Notes under the pieces: generated by a model
Told to the model about the DNA's origin: nothing
What the model saw: the letters and a program-made list of their open reading frames with translations, nothing else
Databases searched by the model: none
Translations under genes and position numbers: made by a program
Shown here: piece after piece, positions 9,294-17,870 of the stretch
Position numbering within the stretch: position 1 is the first letter of the stretch
Layout of the letters: each line of letters begins with the position of its first letter
Virus record (IMG/VR): IMGVR_UViG_3300042894_008159
Location: 62,001 to 124,012 of that record
DNA length: 62,012 nucleotides
Strand: one strand, 5' to 3'
Source: an uncultured virus (IMG/VR IMGVR_UViG_3300042894_008159)
Taxonomy: Duplodnaviria; Heunggongvirae; Uroviricota; Caudoviricetes

Positions 9294-9995
9294 TTACATT
9301 TTACTCGCTGTGAGTAAAACCTTAATTACCGTTTCAACGTCCTTCTCACAGTAGATCTTAATTTTTTCAATGTCTTTTTCTTCCCAGAAGGTGAAATGAA
9401 CCTGTGATCCATCTATATCTTCTTTTGGGGATTCAACACCCAGAGAACAAGAAAGTAAATCTAAACTCAAGTATTTTTGTTGACTCCAGCTTCCAAATGC
9501 AAAAATTTCTGAGGTATCTAAATAGGGAATTTCCCAAGGTTTCTTATCCCAGACCACCAAATTGCTAGGTGGTTGAATACCATTGTACATCATTCTTTTA
9601 CCCACACATGGCACATCGAATCCCTTGATATTGTGTCCAGCTAATTTCATGTTTTTAGTCGAGGAGTTAACAAAAACTTTTTTGGTTTTAATTAAAATGT
9701 CTTCCTCGTCCTCCCCATAAAAGGAAACAAATTTAAATGTCTCATCCTCATTGATCATACCAAAAGAAACACACACGATTCTTGAATATTCTGGCTCAAG
9801 ACCCGCTTTCTGCAAATAAATTTCATCACTTGTGGCATTTTGGAATTCAGGATATGATTTGTAGTACTTCACTCTTCTTTCCCAAAGTTTAGCCAATCTT
9901 GGATTTTCTTCCCGAAGACATTCTAGATTTGGGCACCATCCGGCAGTTTCAACATCAAAGAACAAACAATTTTTTAAGGTACTAATTGGAATCAT
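9294..9995 (-). CDS. 3'-5' exonuclease, DnaQ-like / PolB exo2-type
   Basis: ExoI FFDVET, ExoII GHNIKGFD, ExoIII YCEKDV. Confidence 0.88.
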   Translation of the reverse strand: MIPISTLKNCLFFDVETAGWCPNLECLREENPRLAKLWERRVKYYKSYPEFQNATSDEIYLQKAGLEPEYSRIVCVSFGMINEDETFKFVSFYGEDEEDILIKTKKVFVNSSTKNMKLAGHNIKGFDVPCVGKRMMYNGIQPPSNLVVWDKKPWEIPYLDTSEIFAFGSWSQQKYLSLDLLSCSLGVESPKEDIDGSQVHFTFWEEKDIEKIKIYCEKDVETVIKVLLTASKM

Positions 9996-10010
9996 AATTT
10001 TTATTTTGAA

Positions 10011-10946
10011 TCAAATTTTCGGTATTACTAATGGGATTAAAGATTTATGCTGAGACAAATATAAAAGACATGATTTAAATGAATCGGGTGATTCTACAAC
10101 TACATCTACATCTAATCCAAAGGTTGGAATTCTGTGCGATAAACGTTGTGCAGGGGAAGCCGAAAGGGAAATCCCCTTATCATCTATCATGGAACTTTCC
10201 CCGTGAAAATAAATTGGTTTGTGTGGAGCTTCCCAAGTGGAACATGATAAAAAAAGTGCCTCCCTGAAATTCAAACCCCCTGAATTAAATTGATGAGCCA
10301 GAGATCTAAAACATATTGGAATTTTTGCCGGATAAAAAACCCCAGATAACAAATCGGTCACAGAAAATAAACTTGGCTTGTCGTCGTTCGTGACTGCCAA
10401 CATATTCCTGATTGTGATTGGAAATTTTGAAATCTCTTGGCAAAATCTTTGGGAAGTTTCTTTTCGGTTTCCATAGGCACTACCAACACGAAGTAAAATA
10501 CAGGGTTCAGATATGCCAAGACCTTCTACCAAAGAGGCCAGCTTGCCAATCATCGTGTGGGTTTGTTCAACCGAATCTGGCAATTTTGATCCCAAGAAAA
10601 AATATGAAGATAGAAAAAATAAAATTCGATGACCCTGAATCCTAATTCGTTGGCTCAATTCGTCGAGTGAAATAAGATCTGGATGTTCCTCTTCCAAATC
10701 GGAAAAATCTGGAAAATTTAAATTGGATTCCGATAATTGAAAACAGGTAACATCTATACCATTCTTTACATGTTTTTCAACTGTTTCTGAGATAGATTTT
10801 AAAAATTCAGCAGCCGATATTTCTCCAGACTTTGGAAAATTCAAGCTCCCAGCAATAGAACCTAATTTGTGTGGGGTTTTGCTTAAAATCATCCTGTGCT
10901 TTACAGGAAGAACAAATAAAAGTTTCTCAACTTCCGACTGCTTCAA
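10011..10946 (-). CDS. UvsE/UVDE UV-damage endonuclease homolog, apparently catalytically degenerate
   Basis: VGSAYG.RKE...RF, NDDK.S.FSV.DL, IPI.F, HQFN.GGL...EAL, TW, ES motifs in UvsE order; several metal-ligand positions substituted. Confidence 0.7.
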   Translation of the reverse strand: MKQSEVEKLLFVLPVKHRMILSKTPHKLGSIAGSLNFPKSGEISAAEFLKSISETVEKHVKNGIDVTCFQLSESNLNFPDFSDLEEEHPDLISLDELSQRIRIQGHRILFFLSSYFFLGSKLPDSVEQTHTMIGKLASLVEGLGISEPCILLRVGSAYGNRKETSQRFCQEISKFPITIRNMLAVTNDDKPSLFSVTDLLSGVFYPAKIPICFRSLAHQFNSGGLNFREALFLSCSTWEAPHKPIYFHGESSMIDDKGISLSASPAQRLSHRIPTFGLDVDVVVESPDSFKSCLLYLSQHKSLIPLVIPKI

Positions 10947-11409
10947 TTCCTAAACCAGGATTGGTGTAAACAGTTTTAGAGTTGTAGGCATCACCTGGCA
11001 TATCGTTGAATTTATACTGGGATACAACTTGACGGTGACCTTTGTCTCCCATGTCTACGAACTCGACCGTGTCAGGCTTTAGTTCTAGAACTTTTTGATC
11101 CTTTTTACCTTTGGTGTGAATCTGAACAAAAAAACGATATGATTTGTGATCTGGGGCCAATACATTTTTAACAACCATGCCCGCCACCTTCTTATCACCA
11201 TTTATGGGTACTCCTATGACAATATCACCCACTTGAAATTTAGAACCAGGAATGTTTCTAGGAACTCTTGGGTCTGGTCCTACACTAACAGAAAGATCCT
11301 TGTATGGCTTATATTGAACCTTGAAAATACCGTTGGCTCCGCCGTATCCATAGGTGTCGCCAAAAACTCCAGTGTCAAAAAATTCATTTAGGGTGAGAAT
11401 GTACTTCAA
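10927..11409 (-). CDS. Hypothetical protein with SH3/KOW-like domain
   Basis: TTG start MKYILTLNEF; KFQVGDIV...G.VV pattern; late-like motif at 11426. Confidence 0.55.
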   Translation of the reverse strand: MKYILTLNEFFDTGVFGDTYGYGGANGIFKVQYKPYKDLSVSVGPDPRVPRNIPGSKFQVGDIVIGVPINGDKKVAGMVVKNVLAPDHKSYRFFVQIHTKGKKDQKVLELKPDTVEFVDMGDKGHRQVVSQYKFNDMPGDAYNSKTVYTNPGLGIEAVGS

Positions 11410-11433
11410 GAGACAACTTTTTTTATATGTATC

Positions 11434-11970
11434 TTAAATCTCCTCTGGTTTTTGGGACATTTTAAGAATGTCTTGAATCTTTTGTGCCATCTCGTAGTTT
11501 TCCTCTGAAAGAGCATTTTCCAACATGATCTTGAGTGTGTTTATATCAGAGGGTGCTGATTGACCTGAACTTTCACCAGTATTCATTGTTATACAAATCC
11601 TTTGAGGAGCATAAATTACCTCTAGCTTAGTGTTAGGCATTTCTATTTCCAATTCAAATTCTTCGTCTTCCTGACTTAAGGTTTCAATAACAGTTTCATC
11701 GTTCCACTGTTGATTGTACCAAGTAACAATCCAATTACCATAGGTGAAAGACTGATAGTCGTTTTCTACCACATACTTCAAAATAGTTTTGAGCTCGTGT
11801 TTTAGGTCTTTAATTCCTAAATTTTGGTCGTAATTTTTTCTTTTCAAACCCGGGATAACCTCGCTCCCCTGACCTGTTCCATGCTTAAATGCCTGGTGAA
11901 TCAAAAGGATAGAATCCCAGTCCAAACTTTGAACTAGCTTGTCGACAATTTTTTGAATACCTTTCTCCAT
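11434..11970 (-). CDS. Hypothetical protein with C-terminal UVR (UvrB/C) motif
   Basis: LENALSEENYEMAQKIQDIL matches the UVR coiled-coil pattern. Confidence 0.65.
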   Translation of the reverse strand: MEKGIQKIVDKLVQSLDWDSILLIHQAFKHGTGQGSEVIPGLKRKNYDQNLGIKDLKHELKTILKYVVENDYQSFTYGNWIVTWYNQQWNDETVIETLSQEDEEFELEIEMPNTKLEVIYAPQRICITMNTGESSGQSAPSDINTLKIMLENALSEENYEMAQKIQDILKMSQKPEEI

Positions 11971-11993
11971 GGCTTGAAAAATTATTTTCTATC

Positions 11994-12428
11994 TTATATA
12001 TCCTTTTTCTGATTTTCCTTCCCCATCTGCTGGGAAAGTGATTTCATCCAATCATGATATTCAGTAGGAAAAAATTGTTTCAATTCTTGAAGCTCTCTTT
12101 TACTGAGTTCATATCGGTATCTTATGAAATCTTCTACTTCCTGAAAATTTTGTGACTTTTGGTCAGATTTTTTTTGGTCCTTTTTAGAAGTTGTGGTGTA
12201 TATCCACTTTGGTGCTTTACCAAACTTAAGTGAAAGGACAGAGTGCCACCAGTTCAAAACCTGTTCAGGAACAATCTTTGTGTTGTTAAATTCGTGGGCT
12301 TGGTTAGGAAATTGAATGGCCATAAAACGGTTAATCATAAAGAAATTTCTGACCTTATCTGCCTTTCCGACAGATTCCCAGATTTTGGAAGGTCCAAAAA
12401 TAGCTTTAACGACATCGAACAATTCCAT
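11994..12428 (-). CDS. Probable clamp-loader small subunit (gp62-like)
   Basis: LFD....I N-terminus, FMINRFM.. motif, size, same operon as the gp44-like gene. Confidence 0.5.
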   Translation of the reverse strand: MELFDVVKAIFGPSKIWESVGKADKVRNFFMINRFMAIQFPNQAHEFNNTKIVPEQVLNWWHSVLSLKFGKAPKWIYTTTSKKDQKKSDQKSQNFQEVEDFIRYRYELSKRELQELKQFFPTEYHDWMKSLSQQMGKENQKKDI

Positions 12429-12430
12429 AA

Positions 12431-13564
12431 TTAATCAGGAAATGGGTTGTACATTTTAGGAATGGATGTAGCAGTAACCCATTCGGTCCCTTCTAAAATT
12501 TTAATTCTATCTAACGTGATAGATCTTCGATCCAAATTTATACCACGCTTAATTTCGGCTACGACATTTGATATTACCCATTCTGGCATAACCATTTTAT
12601 CCAACCACATGAGTTTATAGTTTCGAAGCAAATTTTGAGAAGCTTTCTGTCTGTTTTCTTTTGAGTCAACATCTTTAGTCAATCTTAAAATGTAACCTGC
12701 TGACCAATCTAAAAATTCATCATCAATTAGCAGATCCTGGAAAGAAGATTTAGCCCATTTTGAATGCTGAAGGGATTCCAAAAGTTGCTCTGCCCTTTTG
12801 GGTGTCATTCTGGAGATCTTACCAGGTGTGGCCTCGAAGTTCCACACCCCAGGAACATCGTCTCCATCGTCTCCAATTAGCATTTTAACAAAAATAAAAT
12901 CACGAGGAGTGATTTCATTCAGAACAAGGTTTTCAATCCATTTTTTAAGTTTACTTTTATCTGGTTGAATCGCTTCAGACATTTCAAAAATTGAAACTTG
13001 TTCCTGTTGTTCTAGCCAATTTTTCTTCCAGTCTACGGGGGAAGAAACAACATTATTTTTGGAATTATTGGACCACACTATGGTCCAATTCTCCCCCTTC
13101 CAACGGGCAAGTTGGTGAAGATCTTTATCTCCGGAAACAATAATACAATTTTGACCTTTAGTTGTAAAATAGTCTGCCCAGAAATACAAAAGATCATCTC
13201 CCTCGGCGCCGTCCGCCCGAGAATAAATAAATCCCATTTTTTCCAGTTGTCTACCAAAAGAATCAAGCAAATTGAAAAAGATAGACCAATCTACGGTTTC
13301 GTCTTTAACCCTTTTAGACTTGTAACCTCCACCTTCAATTTCAACGTCTTTTCTCCAACTTCTGGAATCTGCTGTGAAAACTAGTCTTCCTCCCGTGGGC
13401 AATTCTCTTAAAGCAGCACAAAGATCCGTGGCTATCTTTCGGATAAACATAGCCTGATCGTTTTTAGTTTTTAGAACCTCTCCTGGGTCTTTTGATCCAT
13501 AACCTCCGAAGATTCCAAAAGTCTTGTGGAAAATGTAATTTCCGTCTATAAGAATGTTAATCAT
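12431..13564 (-). CDS. rnh: 5'-3' exonuclease / flap endonuclease (T4 RNase H-like)
   Basis: LIDGN, D..SWRK...YK..R, EGDD, SGDKDL.QL, GDDGD.VPG. Confidence 0.9.
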   Translation of the reverse strand: MINILIDGNYIFHKTFGIFGGYGSKDPGEVLKTKNDQAMFIRKIATDLCAALRELPTGGRLVFTADSRSWRKDVEIEGGGYKSKRVKDETVDWSIFFNLLDSFGRQLEKMGFIYSRADGAEGDDLLYFWADYFTTKGQNCIIVSGDKDLHQLARWKGENWTIVWSNNSKNNVVSSPVDWKKNWLEQQEQVSIFEMSEAIQPDKSKLKKWIENLVLNEITPRDFIFVKMLIGDDGDDVPGVWNFEATPGKISRMTPKRAEQLLESLQHSKWAKSSFQDLLIDDEFLDWSAGYILRLTKDVDSKENRQKASQNLLRNYKLMWLDKMVMPEWVISNVVAEIKRGINLDRRSITLDRIKILEGTEWVTATSIPKMYNPFPD

Positions 13565-14186
13565 TGTAATACTTTAAATCAAACCAAATTTCTGAACCTA
13601 CAACAAAATTAGGATCGGTTATTTTAAAATCAAAGTCCGAAAAATTCGAAAAATCTTCTTCGTCCGTTCGTAATCTTCTATCAACAGAATCGGCATCCTT
13701 TCTTACAGACAACCTAGATTTCCTAGTTTTTGAATCTATATCTAAGAAAATAATGAAAGACTCTTTTCTATCATCTGGTTTAAGATTAGCAATACCAGAA
13801 GGAGTTAGAATCATTAAATTGCTGGAATTGAATTCTTGAATTGAAGTTCCATAAATCCATCCAGCAAAAAGGTTCACCTCGTAAAATTCTTTCCTTTCGA
13901 ACATTCCTTTAAGGATTTCAAAATGCTCCAAATTTTCAACGAAGAAATAGTCTTTTCCTTCTTTTTCGTTTGTCCGTCGGGGTCGGGTGGTGTGAGAAAC
14001 ACAGTACTTGAAACCTTTCTCTTCCAAAAGTTGTCGAAGGTGGTCTTTTCCTGCTCCGCCCTTTCCACACAGGATTAACCTTTTTATTTTTTTGGTGTAA
14101 AATAAACTCGAGGCATACAACCACTCATCGGATCGGTTTGGATTAAAATCTAAGTGGATTTTAGGACCCGAATTATTATTCTCCAT
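13557..14186 (-). CDS. gmk: Guanylate kinase
   Basis: P-loop GKGGAGK, SHTTRPRR.NE.EGKDYFF, YGTS. Confidence 0.85.
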   Translation of the reverse strand: MENNNSGPKIHLDFNPNRSDEWLYASSLFYTKKIKRLILCGKGGAGKDHLRQLLEEKGFKYCVSHTTRPRRTNEKEGKDYFFVENLEHFEILKGMFERKEFYEVNLFAGWIYGTSIQEFNSSNLMILTPSGIANLKPDDRKESFIIFLDIDSKTRKSRLSVRKDADSVDRRLRTDEEDFSNFSDFDFKITDPNFVVGSEIWFDLKYYND

Positions 14187-14487
14187 CTTCGTAACCTCTG
14201 TGATTTAAACCTTGTTCCAACTGGTTGAAAATGAATTCTGCTTTGGTATAAGTGGAAGGTGCCCAAGCCCACTTGCCGAAATCTTCGTTACCAGGAAAAA
14301 TTTCTCTTTCTCCTAACTGTACTCCAAAAACCTCTTTTGGTTGGTCTATTTTTCTTTTAAATACCTCCCAGGCAATTACCTTTTCTGAATCTGAACAGAA
14401 TTGCTCGTACAGCATCGCCTTTTCACCCCTTTTAAGAAGTCGATAAATAAAGGTATTCTTTTTGATTTCGTCAGGTAGAAGTTCCAT
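14176..14487 (-). CDS. Hypothetical protein
   Basis: 103 aa ORF translationally coupled at both ends. Confidence 0.7.
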   Translation of the reverse strand: MELLPDEIKKNTFIYRLLKRGEKAMLYEQFCSDSEKVIAWEVFKRKIDQPKEVFGVQLGEREIFPGNEDFGKWAWAPSTYTKAEFIFNQLEQGLNHRGYEDGE

Positions 14488-15437
14488 TAAGCTTGAATTT
14501 GTTTTTGTATTTTAAACACCAAGGCCAGCAAAGAAACTATGGGATCAATAACCAACATTCGTTGTGCTTGGTGTTCGGCTACCATAACGATAACCGCCGG
14601 AATTATTTTAGCCAGTTCTGGACGATGGTGCTGGACCCAACCAACAAATTCATCACCCAAGGCTAACATGACAGAATCAACTTTACCAGAATATTGTGAC
14701 ACAATGAACTGATAATTTTCAATTGGGTTTTTGCCATCACAAATTAAACGGTAAAGTTCTTCGTGTGAATAGGAAGAATCTTTTACTTTTTTGGCATCGA
14801 TGGTTTGTAGTCCTTCTATCGACCAAGCTTGAATTTTATTTAAAGCAGATCTTAAATCGGGAAAAAAATCTCTTTCGAAAGCATCTAAAGCATCAGAGTC
14901 AATAGAGATAGAAAGTTTTTCTAAAATCAATCCAATCCTTTTTCTCCACTCTGCTTTCAATTCCTGTTCTTCTTCGGAATTTACTGGATCAAAATTGATC
15001 ACTTCAAATCGGGATTGGATAGCCTCTGGTACTTTGGCTATCCAATTACACGTGGCTACAAATCTGGCATTCTTAGCAAATTTTTCGATAGTTCCACGAA
15101 GGGCTTTGTAGAATTGATCCGATGCTCCATCGAACTCGTCTAGAATAACCACCTTTAAAGCAGATTTTCCATCCATGATACTTAGAGTAGAACAGAAATC
15201 GTTGATTTTAGTTCGAATCACATCTACCGAACTTTCGTCTGAAACGTTGATGAAAAGATGTGGAGAATTGGCGGCTAAAATTTTAGCCAAAGTTGTTTTA
15301 CCACAGCCAGGTGATCCAGCCAACAAAACGTTCTGTGCCAATGGTTTGCCGTCAAATAAATTTCGGATTCGATCCGGCAAAATCATATGTTTCAGTTCCC
15401 GGGGCCTAAGCTTTTCAGTCAGTAATTGATTAACCAT
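14487..15437 (-). CDS. gp44: Sliding-clamp loader large subunit (gp44/RFC AAA+)
   Basis: EKLRP, Walker A GSPGCGKT, Walker B ILDEFD, ALR..IE, SRF, PDLR. Confidence 0.92.
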   Translation of the reverse strand: MVNQLLTEKLRPRELKHMILPDRIRNLFDGKPLAQNVLLAGSPGCGKTTLAKILAANSPHLFINVSDESSVDVIRTKINDFCSTLSIMDGKSALKVVILDEFDGASDQFYKALRGTIEKFAKNARFVATCNWIAKVPEAIQSRFEVINFDPVNSEEEQELKAEWRKRIGLILEKLSISIDSDALDAFERDFFPDLRSALNKIQAWSIEGLQTIDAKKVKDSSYSHEELYRLICDGKNPIENYQFIVSQYSGKVDSVMLALGDEFVGWVQHHRPELAKIIPAVIVMVAEHQAQRMLVIDPIVSLLALVFKIQKQIQA

Positions 15438-15451
15438 AATTCCTCTTTTAA

Positions 15452-15479
15452 ATTTTATGAAAATTCGAATAAAGGTTTC
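15452..15479 (-). promoter_or_regulatory. Candidate middle promoter GAAAC-N17-TAAAAT
   Basis: Similar sites at 28510..28537 (GAAAC-N17-TAAAAA), 22610..22638 (GAAAC-N18-TAAGAT) and + strand 48116..48143 (GGAAT-N17-TACAAT). Confidence 0.6.
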
Positions 15480-15482
15480 CCC

Positions 15483-16820
15483 TTACTTGAAAAAAGAAGT
15501 CATGTCGTCAGCCTGATTTTTATCGGTTCTAACTTCGATAAAACGGGGAAGAAACAGGCTCCGATTGCCGAATTTGTCTGTAATAGGCTCGTTGAATTGA
15601 ACAGCTGCCACCCGGCCAATCCATTGATCTGGATTGGAACTGAGAGTTTTCAAATCGACATCAGTAAATCCAGATCCTATCTTCACATCCAAAGTTCTAG
15701 AGGCATCGGTACAAATGAAACCCCCGATGAATCCTTCCCTTTTACCTTCTCCGGGATACCATCCGGTGATTTCCAGATCACAATCTTGAACTTGCTTCAA
15801 TTTGACCCAACTTTTACTACGTTTACACTCATATACGTGGTGACCTGGTTTAAGAATAACACCCTCTCCACCCAAGGAAATAATTAGTCCATAAATATTT
15901 TGGGTTTCTTCCATGGAATCTACCACCCACTGTCTGGCAAGTTTAACCTGAGAATTCAGAGACAAAAAGGCAGTTAAGAATTCCAATTCTTTTCTTCTTT
16001 GTATGAAAGGCGTAGTACCGTGTCCAATTTTTAGTACTGAAGCCTTTTCTAAATCGAACACATTGAATATAAATTCCTTGTCAATATCTTGTGGTGCTGT
16101 GCCCTTCAGAATTTGAGTTACCTTTCCTGACACTGACTTTCTGTTGATGTCGGTTAGTTCACCATCAAAAAATACTTCTCCTACGATGTTAGCATTGTGG
16201 AGAATATTGATTAAATCTCGCTCTATGTAATAAAGTCTACTTTTATCCAACTCGTTGAAGGCTCGGGTGTAAAATTGGAATCCTTTTTCTCTGTCCCCTA
16301 CAGCAATTACTCTAACACCGTCGTATTTTTCTTCACAGTAGATCTTTCCCCAGCTGGCAATTTCTTTCTGATCGTCACAAGCTAGCATCACAGAGGGATC
16401 TGGTATAAGTTCTCTACCAATTGCTTTGTTGACCAATTTGGCTCCTATACCTATATTCATTCTTTTGGTGAGGATTTTCATTAGAATTTCCCGAAGTTGT
16501 TTGTCTTCGATTGGATCCTCCGAAATACGGGAATTGATGAGTGATGTGGCTTGACCTCTAAGGTTGTCGTTGGCAGCCGGAGCTGATTTTAAACTTTCCA
16601 TTAGGGACTTGAAAACATCGAAACCAGGGAATTCCCCGATAGGGGTTGGGTGTAAATCAAGCTTGTGTAACTTGGTCGTTACAAAGGGATTGAAACACAC
16701 GTCCAAAAGGTATGACATCACCTCGGTAAGGTTCTCTGAGAGCAATCTTTGCTTCTCTTTTTGTGACCCGTTTCCAGTTAAAGATTCGAGTGTCGATAGG
16801 ATTTTTAGTTCGTTTATCAT
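15483..16820 (-). CDS. lig: ATP-dependent DNA ligase (gp30-like)
   Basis: EEKYDG.R, FDGEL, VFD, EGVILK, Y..KRS..WVKLK, GSGF, LFLPRF..R.DK. Confidence 0.95.
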   Translation of the reverse strand: MINELKILSTLESLTGNGSQKEKQRLLSENLTEVMSYLLDVCFNPFVTTKLHKLDLHPTPIGEFPGFDVFKSLMESLKSAPAANDNLRGQATSLINSRISEDPIEDKQLREILMKILTKRMNIGIGAKLVNKAIGRELIPDPSVMLACDDQKEIASWGKIYCEEKYDGVRVIAVGDREKGFQFYTRAFNELDKSRLYYIERDLINILHNANIVGEVFFDGELTDINRKSVSGKVTQILKGTAPQDIDKEFIFNVFDLEKASVLKIGHGTTPFIQRRKELEFLTAFLSLNSQVKLARQWVVDSMEETQNIYGLIISLGGEGVILKPGHHVYECKRSKSWVKLKQVQDCDLEITGWYPGEGKREGFIGGFICTDASRTLDVKIGSGFTDVDLKTLSSNPDQWIGRVAAVQFNEPITDKFGNRSLFLPRFIEVRTDKNQADDMTSFFK

Positions 16821-16861
16821 GATGTAAATGTAGAACTAAACCCTGCAAAAAAAAAATTAAA

Positions 16862-17860
16862 TCAGGAAAAAATTGGATTTTTTTCGAATAATTCTTCTAA
16901 TTCTCCAGGGTCAACTGGGACTGCTCCAGAATGTCTACACACTAAAGATCCTGCCAGATTAGCCAGTTCTGCTATTCGGATCAAATTCGACTTGGATACA
17001 AAATCGTATGTGCAAGAAAAAAACCCTAAGCTGAAAACTGAACTAACCGTGTCCCCCGCTCCAGAAACATCTGAAACATCTACATTTATACCAGGCACAT
17101 GATGAGAAAAGTGTCTCCCCACCAACAACATTCCTTTTTCTGATAAAGTAATTAGGAAATATTTATAGTCGAATTCTTCCATCACCAGTTGAGCATAATT
17201 TACGATCTGACTAATTTCTAAATCTTGTTCAGGTTTAATATTCACCATAGCCTTGAACTCATTCAAATTTGGCTTGATAAGATCTGTTCCTTGATATCTA
17301 CCAAGATCAGGTTCCTTAGGATCTACCAAAATTTCTTTCGAGTATTTCTTTGATATTTCAATCAAAGAAGTTAATATGAAATCTGTAAATAATCCCTTTC
17401 CGTAATCTTGAAAAATCACACCGTCATGCAATTGAACTTGTTTTTCAAATTCCTCAATGATTCTCAAACTAGAATCATATGATAAATCATGTGTTTGTTC
17501 AACGTCGATTCTGACAATTTGATGTTTATTTCCTATAATCCTGGTTTTTTTCGTTGTTGGTCTATCTTGCTCGTGGACGAAAATCGGATCTATATTTTTT
17601 TCGTTACATTTTTTCAACAACATTTTTCCATCTTCGTCATCTCCTACCAAAGTCAATAAAGTGCACTTGGCTCCGAAGGCTGTAATATTCTGAGCGACAT
17701 TTGCTGCTCCACCTAGAAAAAATTGCTCTTTGCTTTTCAGAACAACTGGAACTGGTGCTTCCGGGGATATTCTATGAACCTTTCCATAAACATAGTGGTC
17801 CAAAATAGAATCACCAACAACCAATATTTTTTTAGATAAAAATAATTCCCTAAAATTCAT
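16862..17860 (-). CDS. hldA: D-glycero-D-manno-heptose-7-phosphate kinase (HldE/RfaE kinase domain, PfkB family)
   Basis: LVVGD.ILD.Y..G...RISPEAPVPV, GGAANVA, TTKKTRI, DYGKG, VDPK, KPN..E, DVSGAGDTV; no fused adenylyltransferase domain. Confidence 0.92.
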   Translation of the reverse strand: MNFRELFLSKKILVVGDSILDHYVYGKVHRISPEAPVPVVLKSKEQFFLGGAANVAQNITAFGAKCTLLTLVGDDEDGKMLLKKCNEKNIDPIFVHEQDRPTTKKTRIIGNKHQIVRIDVEQTHDLSYDSSLRIIEEFEKQVQLHDGVIFQDYGKGLFTDFILTSLIEISKKYSKEILVDPKEPDLGRYQGTDLIKPNLNEFKAMVNIKPEQDLEISQIVNYAQLVMEEFDYKYFLITLSEKGMLLVGRHFSHHVPGINVDVSDVSGAGDTVSSVFSLGFFSCTYDFVSKSNLIRIAELANLAGSLVCRHSGAVPVDPGELEELFEKNPIFS

Positions 17861-17870
17861 TCAGTTAAAT

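Noticed and set aside
15426..15887. 153-aa + strand ORF and the many other short antisense ORFs
   Set aside because: They lie opposite well-supported genes (ligase, capsid, portal, sheath) and show no recognisable motifs.
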